Shown here: one piece after another, positions 1 through 8,393 of the stretch
Layout of the letters: each line of letters begins with the position of its first letter
How positions within the stretch are numbered: the stretch's first letter is position 1
From: a virus
Length of the DNA: 64,000 bases
Virus record (IMG/VR): IMGVR_UViG_3300033075_000685
Reading direction: 5' to 3' (one strand)
Position numbers and translations under genes: made by a program
Notes under the pieces: generated by a model
Seen by the model: only the letters and a program-made list of their open reading frames with translations
Database searches by the model: none
What the model was told of the DNA's origin: nothing

Positions 1-604
1 ATTCAAATCCATTATTCTCTTTATAATGAATCAGATTATTATTTTGATCAAATTCTTGCCAGGATTCAATTCCATTACTTTCTTTATAATGAATCAAATT
101 ATTATTCTGATCATATTCTTGCCAATATTCTTTTCCTTCAATATTCTTATAATGAATTAGATTATTGTTTTGATCATATTCTTTCCAATATTCAAATCCA
201 TTATTATATTTACAATGAATCAAATTATTGTTTTGATCATATTCTTTCCAATATTCATCACCATCAATATCTTTATAATGAATTATATTGTTGTTCTGAT
301 TATATTCTTGCCAGTATTTAATTCCATTATTCTCTTTATAATGAATCAGATTATTATTTTGATCAAATTCTTGCCAGGATTCAATTCCATTACTTTCTTT
401 ATAATGAATCAGATTATTATTAGCATCAAATTCAGAAATATTATTGTATATAGATTTTAACCACGAAACATACTCATTATAATCACCCTTAATTTTATCA
501 ATTTTATTAAAAGGAAACCCAATTAGTTTATTATTAATACAAAAATCAATGCCTGATTTACAAGCATTGTGTTTCTTCAAAAATTCAATTGTTAATGTGT
601 TCAT
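1..604 (-). CDS. 23-aa repeat protein (QEYDQNNNLIHYK-type beta-hairpin repeats), partial, runs off left edge; paralog of 1552..2241
   Basis: Manual translation from ATG at 604: MNTLTIEFLKKHNACKSGIDFC..., nearly identical N-terminus to 1552..2241; 69-nt periodic repeats visible in 1-430. Confidence 0.85.
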   Translation of the reverse strand, partial: MNTLTIEFLKKHNACKSGIDFCINNKLIGFPFNKIDKIKGDYNEYVSWLKSIYNNISEFDANNNLIHYKESNGIESWQEFDQNNNLIHYKENNGIKYWQEYNQNNNIIHYKDIDGDEYWKEYDQNNNLIHCKYNNGFEYWKEYDQNNNLIHYKNIEGKEYWQEYDQNNNLIHYKESNGIESWQEFDQNNNLIHYKENNGFE

Positions 605-650
605 AATTTAAAAAATAATATTTGATGAAAGTCTTTCCAACCACAAGATC

Positions 651-678
651 ATTATACCATCTTTTCTAAGATTGTCAA
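651..678 (-). promoter_or_regulatory. sigma70-type promoter
   Basis: TTGACA-16 nt-TATAAT with extended -10 TG. Confidence 0.75.
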
Positions 679-811
679 GAGAGGGAAAATAATGACTTTT
701 TTGACTTTTTTGCTTTGTAACTTATTGATTTTTCTATTGTTTTTTTAGAGGATTTTGCGTTTATAGAGAGAGTAGGGGGGTACTAAAGGGTATAATATGC
801 TTATTCTATGC

Positions 812-1240
812 TTAAATCGATGATTGTTGAAGATTATGGATACGCCAATACTCGTCATATTTGTTCTTGTCTAAATTCATTTTATCTAAATCCCAAATAC
901 CTTCTTCCATTATCATATCATATACAGGTTTTTGTGGTAATTCATTTCTTATCTTCATACACCATACTGCTGATCCCCAACTTGGGTCTTTTATCCAGTG
1001 TTCATATAAATTTTGAATTTCATTATGTGGTAATTTTTCAGCATCAGCGCATCCCCATGCAAAAATATCACTACAATTAACACAAATTGCAATTATTGTT
1101 TTATCCGTTTCATTCCATTCTTCCTTAAACCAATAACTATTAATAAAAATTATTTCATTTATTAATAAATGTGCTAATGCAAAATTTTCATTTATTTCTT
1201 TATTGTAATATAAATCTGTTTTGTTTATCTTGTTCTTCAT
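812..1240 (-). CDS. hypothetical phage protein
   Basis: 142-aa ORF in a run of minus-strand genes. Confidence 0.75.
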   Translation of the reverse strand: MKNKINKTDLYYNKEINENFALAHLLINEIIFINSYWFKEEWNETDKTIIAICVNCSDIFAWGCADAEKLPHNEIQNLYEHWIKDPSWGSAVWCMKIRNELPQKPVYDMIMEEGIWDLDKMNLDKNKYDEYWRIHNLQQSSI

Positions 1241-1249
1241 TTTTTTACC

Positions 1250-1555
1250 CTAAGTATTCTCTACATTTTTATTAAATTGATCTAAAGACTTATTAATAAT
1301 GTCTTTCATCTCTGTTCTAACATTGTTAGTTATTTCCTCAACTATTAACTTTTCAAGGATAGGAGCAACAATATAAATTATTTGACGGGTTATTTGTGTA
1401 GTTCGATAGTATAAATTATCATCTGGAATGATATAATCAACTTTATTAAAGTCAAAAGAATTTTCTGATCTTATTCCTTTTAATCCAGAAATTAATACTT
1501 GTCTAACGTCATCATATACATTATTCGCAACTGCATCTATTAAATATTGCTTCAT
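1250..1555 (-). CDS. hypothetical protein
   Basis: 101-aa ORF, ATGA overlap with upstream gene. Confidence 0.7.
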   Translation of the reverse strand: MKQYLIDAVANNVYDDVRQVLISGLKGIRSENSFDFNKVDYIIPDDNLYYRTTQITRQIIYIVAPILEKLIVEEITNNVRTEMKDIINKSLDQFNKNVENT

Positions 1556-2241
1556 TTTTGTTTCTCAAACCAAGGAATCTCTAAATCATCATATCTCTTC
1601 AATTGTCCATCAAAGTAATATTCAACAACATAATGTTTTTCTTTTCCTTTCTTATTTTTAAAATGGATTAGGTTGTTATTCTGATCATATTCTTGCCAAA
1701 ATTCTTTTCCATTATTAGTTTTACAATAAATTAGATTGTTATTCTGATCATATTCTTGCCAACATTCATATCCATCATTATCTTTATAATAAATTTCATT
1801 GTTATTCTGATCATATTCTTGCCAACATTCATATCCATTATTAGATTTATGATGAATTAAATTATTATTTTGGTCATATTCTTGCCAATATTCATTTCCA
1901 TCAGAATCTTTATAATGAATTAAATTATTATTTTGGTCATATTCTTTCCAATATTCAAATCCATCACTGGTCTTAAAATGGATTGGTTTGTTGTTATGAT
2001 CAAATTCTTTCCAATATTCATTTCCATTATTCTCTTTATAATAAATTAAATTATTATTTTGATCAAATTCTTGAATAATGTTAATTTTAGATTTTAACCA
2101 TATAATATATTCATTATAATCACCTTGAATTTCATTAATCTTATCTAAAGGAAACCCAATCAGTTTATTATTAATACAAAAATCAATGCCTTCTTTACAA
2201 GCATGGTTCTTTTTTAAGAATTCAATCGTTAATGTAGTCAT
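1552..2241 (-). CDS. 23-aa repeat protein (YD/MORN-like beta-hairpin repeats)
   Basis: About 6-7 copies of W(Q/K)EYDQNNNLIxxKxxxGxE. Confidence 0.85.
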   Translation of the reverse strand: MTTLTIEFLKKNHACKEGIDFCINNKLIGFPLDKINEIQGDYNEYIIWLKSKINIIQEFDQNNNLIYYKENNGNEYWKEFDHNNKPIHFKTSDGFEYWKEYDQNNNLIHYKDSDGNEYWQEYDQNNNLIHHKSNNGYECWQEYDQNNNEIYYKDNDGYECWQEYDQNNNLIYCKTNNGKEFWQEYDQNNNLIHFKNKKGKEKHYVVEYYFDGQLKRYDDLEIPWFEKQK

Positions 2242-2293
2242 AATTTAAAAAATAATATTTGATGAAAATCTTTCCAACTTGTCAAGATATGAT

Positions 2294-2315
2294 TGGTGGA
2301 TCAATTGATCCACCA
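2294..2315. repeat. perfect 22-bp palindrome
   Basis: TGGTGGATCAATTGATCCACCA, intergenic. Confidence 0.85.
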
Positions 2316-2325
2316 TGATATAAAA

Positions 2326-2982
2326 TTAAATTATTGTTAAACTCGTTCCACAATTTGAACAAAAGTTTGAAGAAATTTTATTTACTTTACCACATGTAAT
2401 ACATTTTTGTTTTGTTTTTGTTGAAACGGGTTTATTAACAATATTATTGTTATTTTTACCCATTAATTTAAATATTATTGTATGTGATACATCTTCGGTT
2501 TGAAAAGATGATGTTAAATTAAATTTTTGATTTGAATAACTACCTGGAACTGTAATTCCATATACAGATGAAGCATCACGCAGAAAAGAATTATGATGAA
2601 ACTTAAAATGTGGTATATAATTATATTTTTGAGGAATTTCAAAATTAAATTTTATTTGAACCAATCCATCTTCCAATTTTATACCTCTGTATTCTTCAAT
2701 AGAATTGGTTCTTTCGATAAATTTAAATTTATTTCCTTCCGTAAGGTTATTATTAATTATTGATCGTTCTAAATCAATTTCTTGAAGAGGATATAAAACC
2801 AATCCAAATACTACTTCATTTCCATCAATAGTTATACTGATTAATACGTTTTGTGAAGAATTTAGATTTTTTAATAAAATTGAATATTCAGATTGAAAGG
2901 GGATATAAACAGTATCACCAAATTCTTTAAGAATTTTACCATTTACTTTTAACGCAGCAACAAATTTGTTATTATACATCAT
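2326..2982 (-). CDS. hypothetical protein with C-terminal zinc ribbon
   Basis: CITCG...FCSNCG at C-terminus; SD GGAG; TATAAATA upstream at 3059-3066 (minus). Confidence 0.8.
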   Translation of the reverse strand: MMYNNKFVAALKVNGKILKEFGDTVYIPFQSEYSILLKNLNSSQNVLISITIDGNEVVFGLVLYPLQEIDLERSIINNNLTEGNKFKFIERTNSIEEYRGIKLEDGLVQIKFNFEIPQKYNYIPHFKFHHNSFLRDASSVYGITVPGSYSNQKFNLTSSFQTEDVSHTIIFKLMGKNNNNIVNKPVSTKTKQKCITCGKVNKISSNFCSNCGTSLTII

Positions 2983-3086
2983 AATAATCTCCAGATTTTA
3001 AACGACTGATCGTCTAACAGTCTAAAATTTTAAAGACGATTTAGGAAATCTTTTAAATTATTTATATAAGTTTTATTTCTCAATCC

Positions 3087-3125
3087 AAAACTGCGGGACG
3101 GAAGCACAGTTCCCCCCGCAGTTTT
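3087..3125 (-). terminator. GC-rich hairpin/terminator after the vWA gene
   Basis: AAAACTGCGGG...CCCGCAGTTTT inverted repeat. Confidence 0.6.
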
Positions 3126-3132
3126 AAATTTT

Positions 3133-4227
3133 TTAATTGTCCCAAGAATATCTTTCATTCATGATAGTGTTTAACATAATTTTCTCTGGTGTAAAATTAT
3201 CCAAACTATCATTAGAAAGAATAGATTTAACAATTGCTGGTGAAAACCCTGATACCAAAGCAACACCAGTATCATTAAATTTAACAGGAACATTATCATA
3301 GGAATTTAAATTCCAAAAAACAATTTTTGGCATTGTATATCCATGTTGTTCATATTCTTGTTTAATCATATTCATTGCATTTAAACTTGAATCTTGTACA
3401 CAAAAATCAAACTGCATATCACTTAAAACAAGTAATAGTTTTGGCATTTCCTCTTGAGGTACATTTCCATCAACTGCGGTTTTAAGAATTAACTTTACAG
3501 CAGCATGAAGATTAGTATTCATTCCCCAATCAGATTTTACCATCTGTTGAATTTTTTGAATAATATTACCTCTTAGATGTACAAGTTTTGGTTTTGCTGA
3601 AAAAGTAAGAAATACATCTTTAAATTTTCCAACATTTTTTTCTGCAAGATATAATCCCAATGAAACAGCAATATCTATACAAGTTAGATTTTGATTGTTT
3701 CCAGCAGATGTAGTCATTGAACCAGAAACATCTACTAAAGGAAGGATACTTGCATCACCAACAAAATTAGGTAATGCTTTCCATTGTTCAATGATTAAAT
3801 CCTGTTCTGTTTTTGTGTATGGTTTCCAATCAAGATTACCAACACCTTTAATCACATCATAAGGATAAATTGCCCCGGCAGCAACCGATACGGACTTATC
3901 CCCAGAAACCAATTTAAAAATATATTCCGCGTACTTTTCTGTATGTCTATTAAAACATTTTTTATATCTGGATGCTGCAAGGGACGGGACAGAACTAAAA
4001 TTGATATCATCCCACATTCCCTTACACATTTTTTGTTCGACCACATCCGTAAAAGAAGATATGATCTTTCTATAAAATTTTGGAGTCCAACCAAAATAAT
4101 TGATCAGATCAATGGCAATACTTTTTTTCGCAGATTTTTCTCTAGGCAACCATTTACATAAAGTAGAAGCGGTAAAAAGTTTTTGATTACATATATTTTT
4201 CAATTTTGTTTTAGAGTTCATTCTCAA
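3133..4227 (-). CDS. DUF2828/TROVE-like protein, C-terminal part with vWA domain
   Basis: KWLPRE, VEQKMC, VPSLA, AGAIYPYD, MIDAS DVSGSM, WGMNTN, SDMQFD, IVFWNL, VSGFSP motifs. Confidence 0.85.
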   Translation of the reverse strand: MRMNSKTKLKNICNQKLFTASTLCKWLPREKSAKKSIAIDLINYFGWTPKFYRKIISSFTDVVEQKMCKGMWDDINFSSVPSLAASRYKKCFNRHTEKYAEYIFKLVSGDKSVSVAAGAIYPYDVIKGVGNLDWKPYTKTEQDLIIEQWKALPNFVGDASILPLVDVSGSMTTSAGNNQNLTCIDIAVSLGLYLAEKNVGKFKDVFLTFSAKPKLVHLRGNIIQKIQQMVKSDWGMNTNLHAAVKLILKTAVDGNVPQEEMPKLLLVLSDMQFDFCVQDSSLNAMNMIKQEYEQHGYTMPKIVFWNLNSYDNVPVKFNDTGVALVSGFSPAIVKSILSNDSLDNFTPEKIMLNTIMNERYSWDN

Positions 4228-5005
4228 TCCTCAGTTTACAATTATCAAAATGCCATCTTTTTAATTGATTTATTGCTCCATATTTACCACAAAAAGGACA
4301 ATCTGTCTTAGTTTTTGGTTTTTTCATCTTTTCAATTGCTTCTTGTGAATAAATTATTTTTCCTCTTTTTGCAATTGTTTTCTTTTGTTTTTCTATACTT
4401 TCTGGAGTTCTTTTATTCGTTCCATTTTTACGTTTAGTTTCGTTTGCTTTTTCAATACTTTCTTTTGTTATATTATTTTTACCTAAAGTACCATTTTCCT
4501 TTTTTGTTTCTAACCCTTTAGCAATACTTTCTGGAGTATTTACATTTAAAGTGCCGTTTTTTCTTTTTGTTTTTAAGGTTTTTAAAACTGTTTCTCTTGT
4601 CTGAACATTAATAGTACCGTTTTTTCTTTTTGTTTTTAAAGATTTTGTAATACTTTCTTTAGTGTTTGTATTTAAATTTCCTTTTATTTTTCTGGTTTCA
4701 ATCCTTTTCTTTATACTTTCTTCCGAAAGAAGAAATCCTCCATCTCCCGTTTCTTCTTTTAAATTCGCCCATTGTTTTGAATCCACAATATTCCATAATT
4801 TTGAATAATAAATTCCTTTTTCTTTGATTTCTTTTTTACTATCAGATTCGTAAATTACGTCAGTTATAACATCATAACCATATTTTTTTATATGATGATT
4901 CCAATAAATTCCAGACCCCTTATATAATTGAACATCTTTTGATTTTGTATATCCCAAATATTTCAAACCAGTTAAATTATGAGTTTTGACGTATAGTTTA
5001 TACAT
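4211..5005 (-). mobile_element. free-standing GIY-YIG (Seg-like) homing endonuclease with NUMOD-like repeats and C-terminal Zn knuckle
   Basis: LYVKTHNLTGLKYLGYT...YKGSG...W; repeated ESIxKxxETK(R/K)KNGT; CPFCGK...WHFDNCK; overlaps both halves of the DUF2828 gene. Confidence 0.8.
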
Positions 5006-5477
5006 ATTCTTTTAATAATTTTTCGCATTCTTCTTCAGACATTTTATCTATTTGAGATAAAATCTGTTTTGCTTTTATACCTTCCTCTAATGCCTGTCCA
5101 ATCATACCAAAAGCAGCATTTCGCAAAGTTTCGGTTTGAAAAACAAGCAAATCATCCCAACGACCTAATTCTGGAATTTTTGGTAAGATTTTCTTACAAA
5201 CTTCTGGTGCATTTACTTCAAGATATTGAAGGATATCACGAAATAATTTTCTTTCGCCGGAACCTTGACGAACATCTCTTAACCAAAGAGCAATTCTTAC
5301 TGCTAAATCTTGATCTTCAACAAATGAAGCAATAAAAGTTGGGATTATATTTTTGCCTCTTGATGCACCTGATTTAAAGAAAAAATCAACAGATGCATTT
5401 GTGGTAGAAACAAATGCAGGCATTCCATTTTCAGTAGTAGTTAATTGATTATCAACAGCATGTACAAAAGTATTCAT
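4998..5477 (-). CDS. DUF2828/TROVE-like protein, N-terminal part
   Basis: TENG, VDFFF, RDVRQGSGERKLFR, IPELGRWDDLL; start moved to ATG 5477 behind SD GGAGG. Confidence 0.85.
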   Translation of the reverse strand: MNTFVHAVDNQLTTTENGMPAFVSTTNASVDFFFKSGASRGKNIIPTFIASFVEDQDLAVRIALWLRDVRQGSGERKLFRDILQYLEVNAPEVCKKILPKIPELGRWDDLLVFQTETLRNAAFGMIGQALEEGIKAKQILSQIDKMSEEECEKLLKEYV

Positions 5478-5488
5478 AATATCCTCCA

Positions 5489-5547
5489 CAGGATCAAGTT
5501 TTTTTACAATGTTAAAGTTTGTATTTTTTAATTGCGGGAATGATCCT
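5489..5547 (-). ncRNA. CAGCAA-family small structured RNA, copy A (CCGCAA variant)
   Basis: Stem AGGATCA/TGATCCT; inner hairpin TACAA-ACTTTAACA-TTGTA. Confidence 0.6.
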
Positions 5548-5560
5548 TATTTAAAATAAT

Positions 5561-5622
5561 CAGGTTAATCTTTTCGTTCAAGGCGTGAGCCCAGAAGTAT
5601 TTTATCTTGCTGAATTTAACCT
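5561..5622 (-). ncRNA. CAGCAA-family small structured RNA, copy B
   Basis: Stem AGGTTAA/TTAACCT followed by ATT-CAGCAA. Confidence 0.65.
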
Positions 5623-5634
5623 TAAAATTTTAAA

Positions 5635-5731
5635 CAGAATAGTTTTTTACCCTCATTTTAGTTCTAAGAGTGAAGAACATTTTGGCAGACAACGTTTCCG
5701 CAGTCAAAGTTTGTTTTGCTGAACCTATTCT
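5635..5731 (-). ncRNA. CAGCAA-family small structured RNA, copy C
   Basis: Stem AGAATAG/CTATTCT, GTT-CAGCAA, inner GAAA tetraloop hairpin. Confidence 0.65.
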
Positions 5732-5738
5732 TTATTAA

Positions 5739-5912
5739 TTATAATTCACTCTCACTTACAGAATGTTCTTTTTCACAAATAGTACATCTTGCACCAGATT
5801 TCTTTTTATTTATATTACAAACTCGCATTGAATTTCCATATTTCTTATCTTGGAAATCTGATGCAGAAGTTCCTTTACATGAACATTTCTTTATTACTAG
5901 AGTTTTTGCCAT
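5739..5912 (-). CDS. small putative Zn-binding protein (57 aa; missed by ORF track)
   Basis: MAKTLVIKKCSCKGTSASDFQDKKYGNSMRVCNINKKKSGARCTICEKEHSVSESEL; SD GAGG. Confidence 0.8.
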   Translation of the reverse strand: MAKTLVIKKCSCKGTSASDFQDKKYGNSMRVCNINKKKSGARCTICEKEHSVSESEL

Positions 5913-5943
5913 ATTTTATACCTCACATAAAAAATCATTAAAT

Positions 5944-6030
5944 CAGGAAATTGTTTCGCCCTAACGCGAATACTACAAAAGTATTTTTGGATTCGAACCA
6001 ATATTGTTTTAACTTTGCTGAAAATTTCCT
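5944..6030 (-). ncRNA. CAGCAA-family small structured RNA, copy D, containing a tRNA T-arm
   Basis: Stem AGGAAATT/AATTTCCT, TT-CAGCAA, TTGG-TTCGAAT-CCAA plus two further hairpins. Confidence 0.7.
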
Positions 6031-6069
6031 TTTTAATTCGTATAGGAGAATGAGATCAAGAATACACTG

Positions 6070-6142
6070 AGCGGCGTATCGGGATCGAACCGATGACAAC
6101 GGACTTGGAAGGACCGTGCTCTACCAACTGAGCTAACGCCGC
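6070..6142 (-). tRNA. tRNA-Gly: tRNA-Gly(TCC), no encoded CCA, inside an extended hairpin
   Basis: Cloverleaf; anticodon loop CT-TCC-AA. Confidence 0.85.
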
Positions 6143-6184
6143 TCAGTGTATTCTTATTACTTCTCTTATTTTTCATTATTTAAT

Positions 6185-6249
6185 CAGATTGGTGTTTTTA
6201 CTATTATCAATTAGAAGTTGAGTAGTTTTTATTTTGCTGTAACCAATCT
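6185..6249 (-). ncRNA. CAGCAA-family small structured RNA, copy E (Arg-TCT anticodon-loop mimic)
   Basis: Stem AGATTGGT/ACCAATCT, TA-CAGCAA, inner TCAA-CTTCTAA-TTGA. Confidence 0.7.
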
Positions 6250-6269
6250 TTTTATCTTTCATTGTGTAT

Positions 6270-6297
6270 ATTATACATCATTTTTATTTTTTGTCAA
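6270..6297 (-). promoter_or_regulatory. sigma70-type promoter for the small-RNA/DUF2828 unit
   Basis: TTGACA-16 nt-TATAAT. Confidence 0.75.
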
Positions 6298-6767
6298 GCC
6301 ACATTTGCAATATTTTTAAATCTATCTGCTACTGTACTAGCACACCAAGCGTTCGGTTTAACAATTGGAACTACATTACACATTCCTTTTATATACCCAA
6401 TTGCTTCATTAATAACAACACTTGATCCATTTTTTTCATCTTTTGAAATATCTAAATGAATTTCTACATTTTTATCTTCTAAAAGATCAGAAAATTTTAA
6501 ATATAACTCAGCAATTTTTATTACTTCATTCATTAAACGCATTCTTGGTTTATTTTTTTTGGTATCATAATCTCGTTCTGAAACTATTTCACCAAATACT
6601 TTACATCCATGTTTACCATCAATATGAATTACAATAACGGTATAATATTCAGCATACCAAATACCATTTCGTTTAAACCGTTCAGAATCCCCACCAAAAT
6701 AAATTTTAGTGTTTGGTCCTTGTTTTTCAATGAATTCAGTTACTTCTTGTATATTTATTCTTTTCAT
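6294..6767 (-). CDS. RNase H-like YkuK (DUF458) family protein
   Basis: IYFGGDS, VIVIH, RLMNEV, VEIHLDI, KPNAWCASTVAD acidic-site pattern. Confidence 0.75.
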   Translation of the reverse strand: MKRINIQEVTEFIEKQGPNTKIYFGGDSERFKRNGIWYAEYYTVIVIHIDGKHGCKVFGEIVSERDYDTKKNKPRMRLMNEVIKIAELYLKFSDLLEDKNVEIHLDISKDEKNGSSVVINEAIGYIKGMCNVVPIVKPNAWCASTVADRFKNIANVA

Positions 6768-6796
6768 TTTCAGATTAAATCGTCAATTATTTTATA

Positions 6797-7465
6797 TTAC
6801 CACAATAATTCAAAATTTCCATTTAAAACTTTTTTACAAGTAGATTTTTTATTGGTATTATGATCTTGGACTATATCATCTTGGAACCTATATGTTCGTA
6901 TTTTATCTCCACGCATACCACTTCCAACTTTGTATTTTCTATCTAATGATATTTCTTGTTCAAAATTCTTTTGTAAATTAGTTTTTATAATATCTTCTAT
7001 TGTTGTTCTACACTCTTTATATGAATTTTGTCTACTTCTACATTGTGAAGTTACAGTTATTCCGGTTGGTATATGAATCATTCTACAACTATTTTGGTGT
7101 TTATTCCTATGTTGACCACCAGAACCAGTCCCAGAATACCATTCAATTTTTAAATCAGAATCCTTTATTTCCAAAAAGAAAGATTTTTCTTCTAAAACTG
7201 CAACTGTTACTGTTGAAGTGTGAACTCTACCTTTTTTTTCTGTTGGAGGAATTCTTTGAATTCTATGTCCACCACATTCATTAAATAATTTTATTAAATT
7301 ATCACCTTCTACTGAAATAAAAATTTCATTAGTTTTAAAATCAATTATATTATACTTTCAAGAAACACGTTCAAACATTTTAATATAAGAGTGTGCCAAA
7401 TCTTTAATAAAGAGTTTAGAATCTTCTCCACCTTCTGCTGCTCTAATTTCTAATATAAGTTTCAT
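6797..7465 (-). CDS. class I peptide chain release factor homolog (RF1-type PxT, GGQ; lacks domain 1) with in-frame TGA at codon 36
   Basis: MKLILEIRAAEGG...FERVS*KYN...GGHRIQRIPPTEKKGRVHTSTVTVAV...GSGGQHRNK...RSRQN...KIRTY; SD AGGAG; ORF track caught only 6797..7174. Confidence 0.85.
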
Positions 7466-7599
7466 TTATGACTCCTAATTTTTTTATTATTTAATCGGTC
7501 AAACGTTTCCTGTAAAAGTTTTTCAGAAAACTTTTTCAATTTTTTCTTAGTTGTTAATTTCTTCTTTATTGCATTTAAATGAAAATATAATTACAATTA

Positions 7600-7863
7600 T
7601 TATTTATTTAATTCCTTATCCCATAGGTTTGTTATAAAAATTTCTATATATTCTAAATCAGTTAATTCATCATAAGAAAAAAGAATTTCATTTTTCACAC
7701 TATATTTAGATTCAGATATATATAATATTTTTTTTATAAAAAAATGTAATTCCATTAATTCTTCCTTAATTGGATATTCAGGTGTTTCTACTAACTGAAG
7801 TATTTTAGTAGAAAGTTCTTTACATTTATCATTAATTTCAGTTTTATTTAAAGGTATTAACAT
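7600..7863 (-). CDS. hypothetical protein
   Basis: 87-aa ORF. Confidence 0.6.
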   Translation of the reverse strand: MLIPLNKTEINDKCKELSTKILQLVETPEYPIKEELMELHFFIKKILYISESKYSVKNEILFSYDELTDLEYIEIFITNLWDKELNK

Positions 7864-7880
7864 AATTTTAAATATTTATT

Positions 7881-7955
7881 TGGCACCCTCGGAGGGAATC
7901 GAACCCCCAACGAAACCTTAGAAGGGTCTTGTTATATCCATTTAACTACAAGGGC
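7881..7955 (-). tRNA. tRNA-Arg: tRNA-Arg(TCT)
   Basis: Cloverleaf, CT-TCT-AA, encoded CCA. Confidence 0.92.
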
Positions 7956-7966
7956 AATTTCAAAAT

Positions 7967-8040
7967 TGGAGCGAAATACAAGAATTGAACTTGTATCTTC
8001 TACTTGGCAAGCAGACGTTTTACCATTAAACTAATCTCGC
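7967..8040 (-). tRNA. tRNA-Gly: tRNA-Gly(GCC)
   Basis: Cloverleaf, TT-GCC-AA, CCA. Confidence 0.9.
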
Positions 8041-8047
8041 ATTAAAT

Positions 8048-8123
8048 TGGTGGAGTATAGGGGTAACGATCCCCATTCTTCGGATTGCAAAACCGACGTG
8101 TTGCCCTCAATCACTAATACCCC
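8048..8123 (-). tRNA. tRNA-Ala: tRNA-Ala(TGC)
   Basis: TT-TGC-AA, G3:U70, CCA; atypical T-loop ATCGTTA. Confidence 0.88.
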
Positions 8124-8128
8124 ATAAA

Positions 8129-8206
8129 TGGCTCCGGGTACTGGAATTGAACCAGTCTCATTCTCCGTTAACAGCGGAGTGCATTCGCCATGATTGCTAA
8201 CCCGGA
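8129..8206 (-). tRNA. tRNA-Asn: tRNA-Asn(GTT)
   Basis: CT-GTT-AA, CCA. Confidence 0.92.
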
Positions 8207-8393
8207 ATTGTTCTTTAGGGGAGAATTTTAACTCTCCCTTGATTTTTATTATACCTTAATTATTCTTAATGTTAAGATGATGATTCATCAGTATTTATAT
8301 TTCTTCTTTTATATAATTTATAATATTCTCTAAAAAGAAATCCACCCAAATAAATCAAAAATACCCCCGCAATTATTCTAATTAACATAATAT

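Noticed and set aside
1..430. CRISPR array
   Set aside because: The periodicity is a degenerate coding repeat without unique spacers, and there are no cas genes.
1..2241. Diversity-generating retroelement (Asn/AAT-rich paralogous repeats)
   Set aside because: No reverse transcriptase or non-coding template repeat in the window; the repeats are in-frame 69-nt protein repeats with differences not limited to adenines.
4211..5005. Group I intron or intein in the DUF2828 gene
   Set aside because: The endonuclease ORF overlaps both flanking ORFs, leaving too little sequence for a ribozyme core; the halves are separate ORFs with stops and no intein terminal motifs.
5716..5964. Plus-strand 82-aa ORF
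   Set aside because: Antisense shadow of the minus-strand Zn microprotein and RNA elements.
6797..7465. Genome-wide UGA recoding or selenocysteine
   Set aside because: Many genes end in TGA, often in ATGA overlaps; long genes have no internal TGA; there is no TCA-anticodon tRNA; the aligned residue is Trp.
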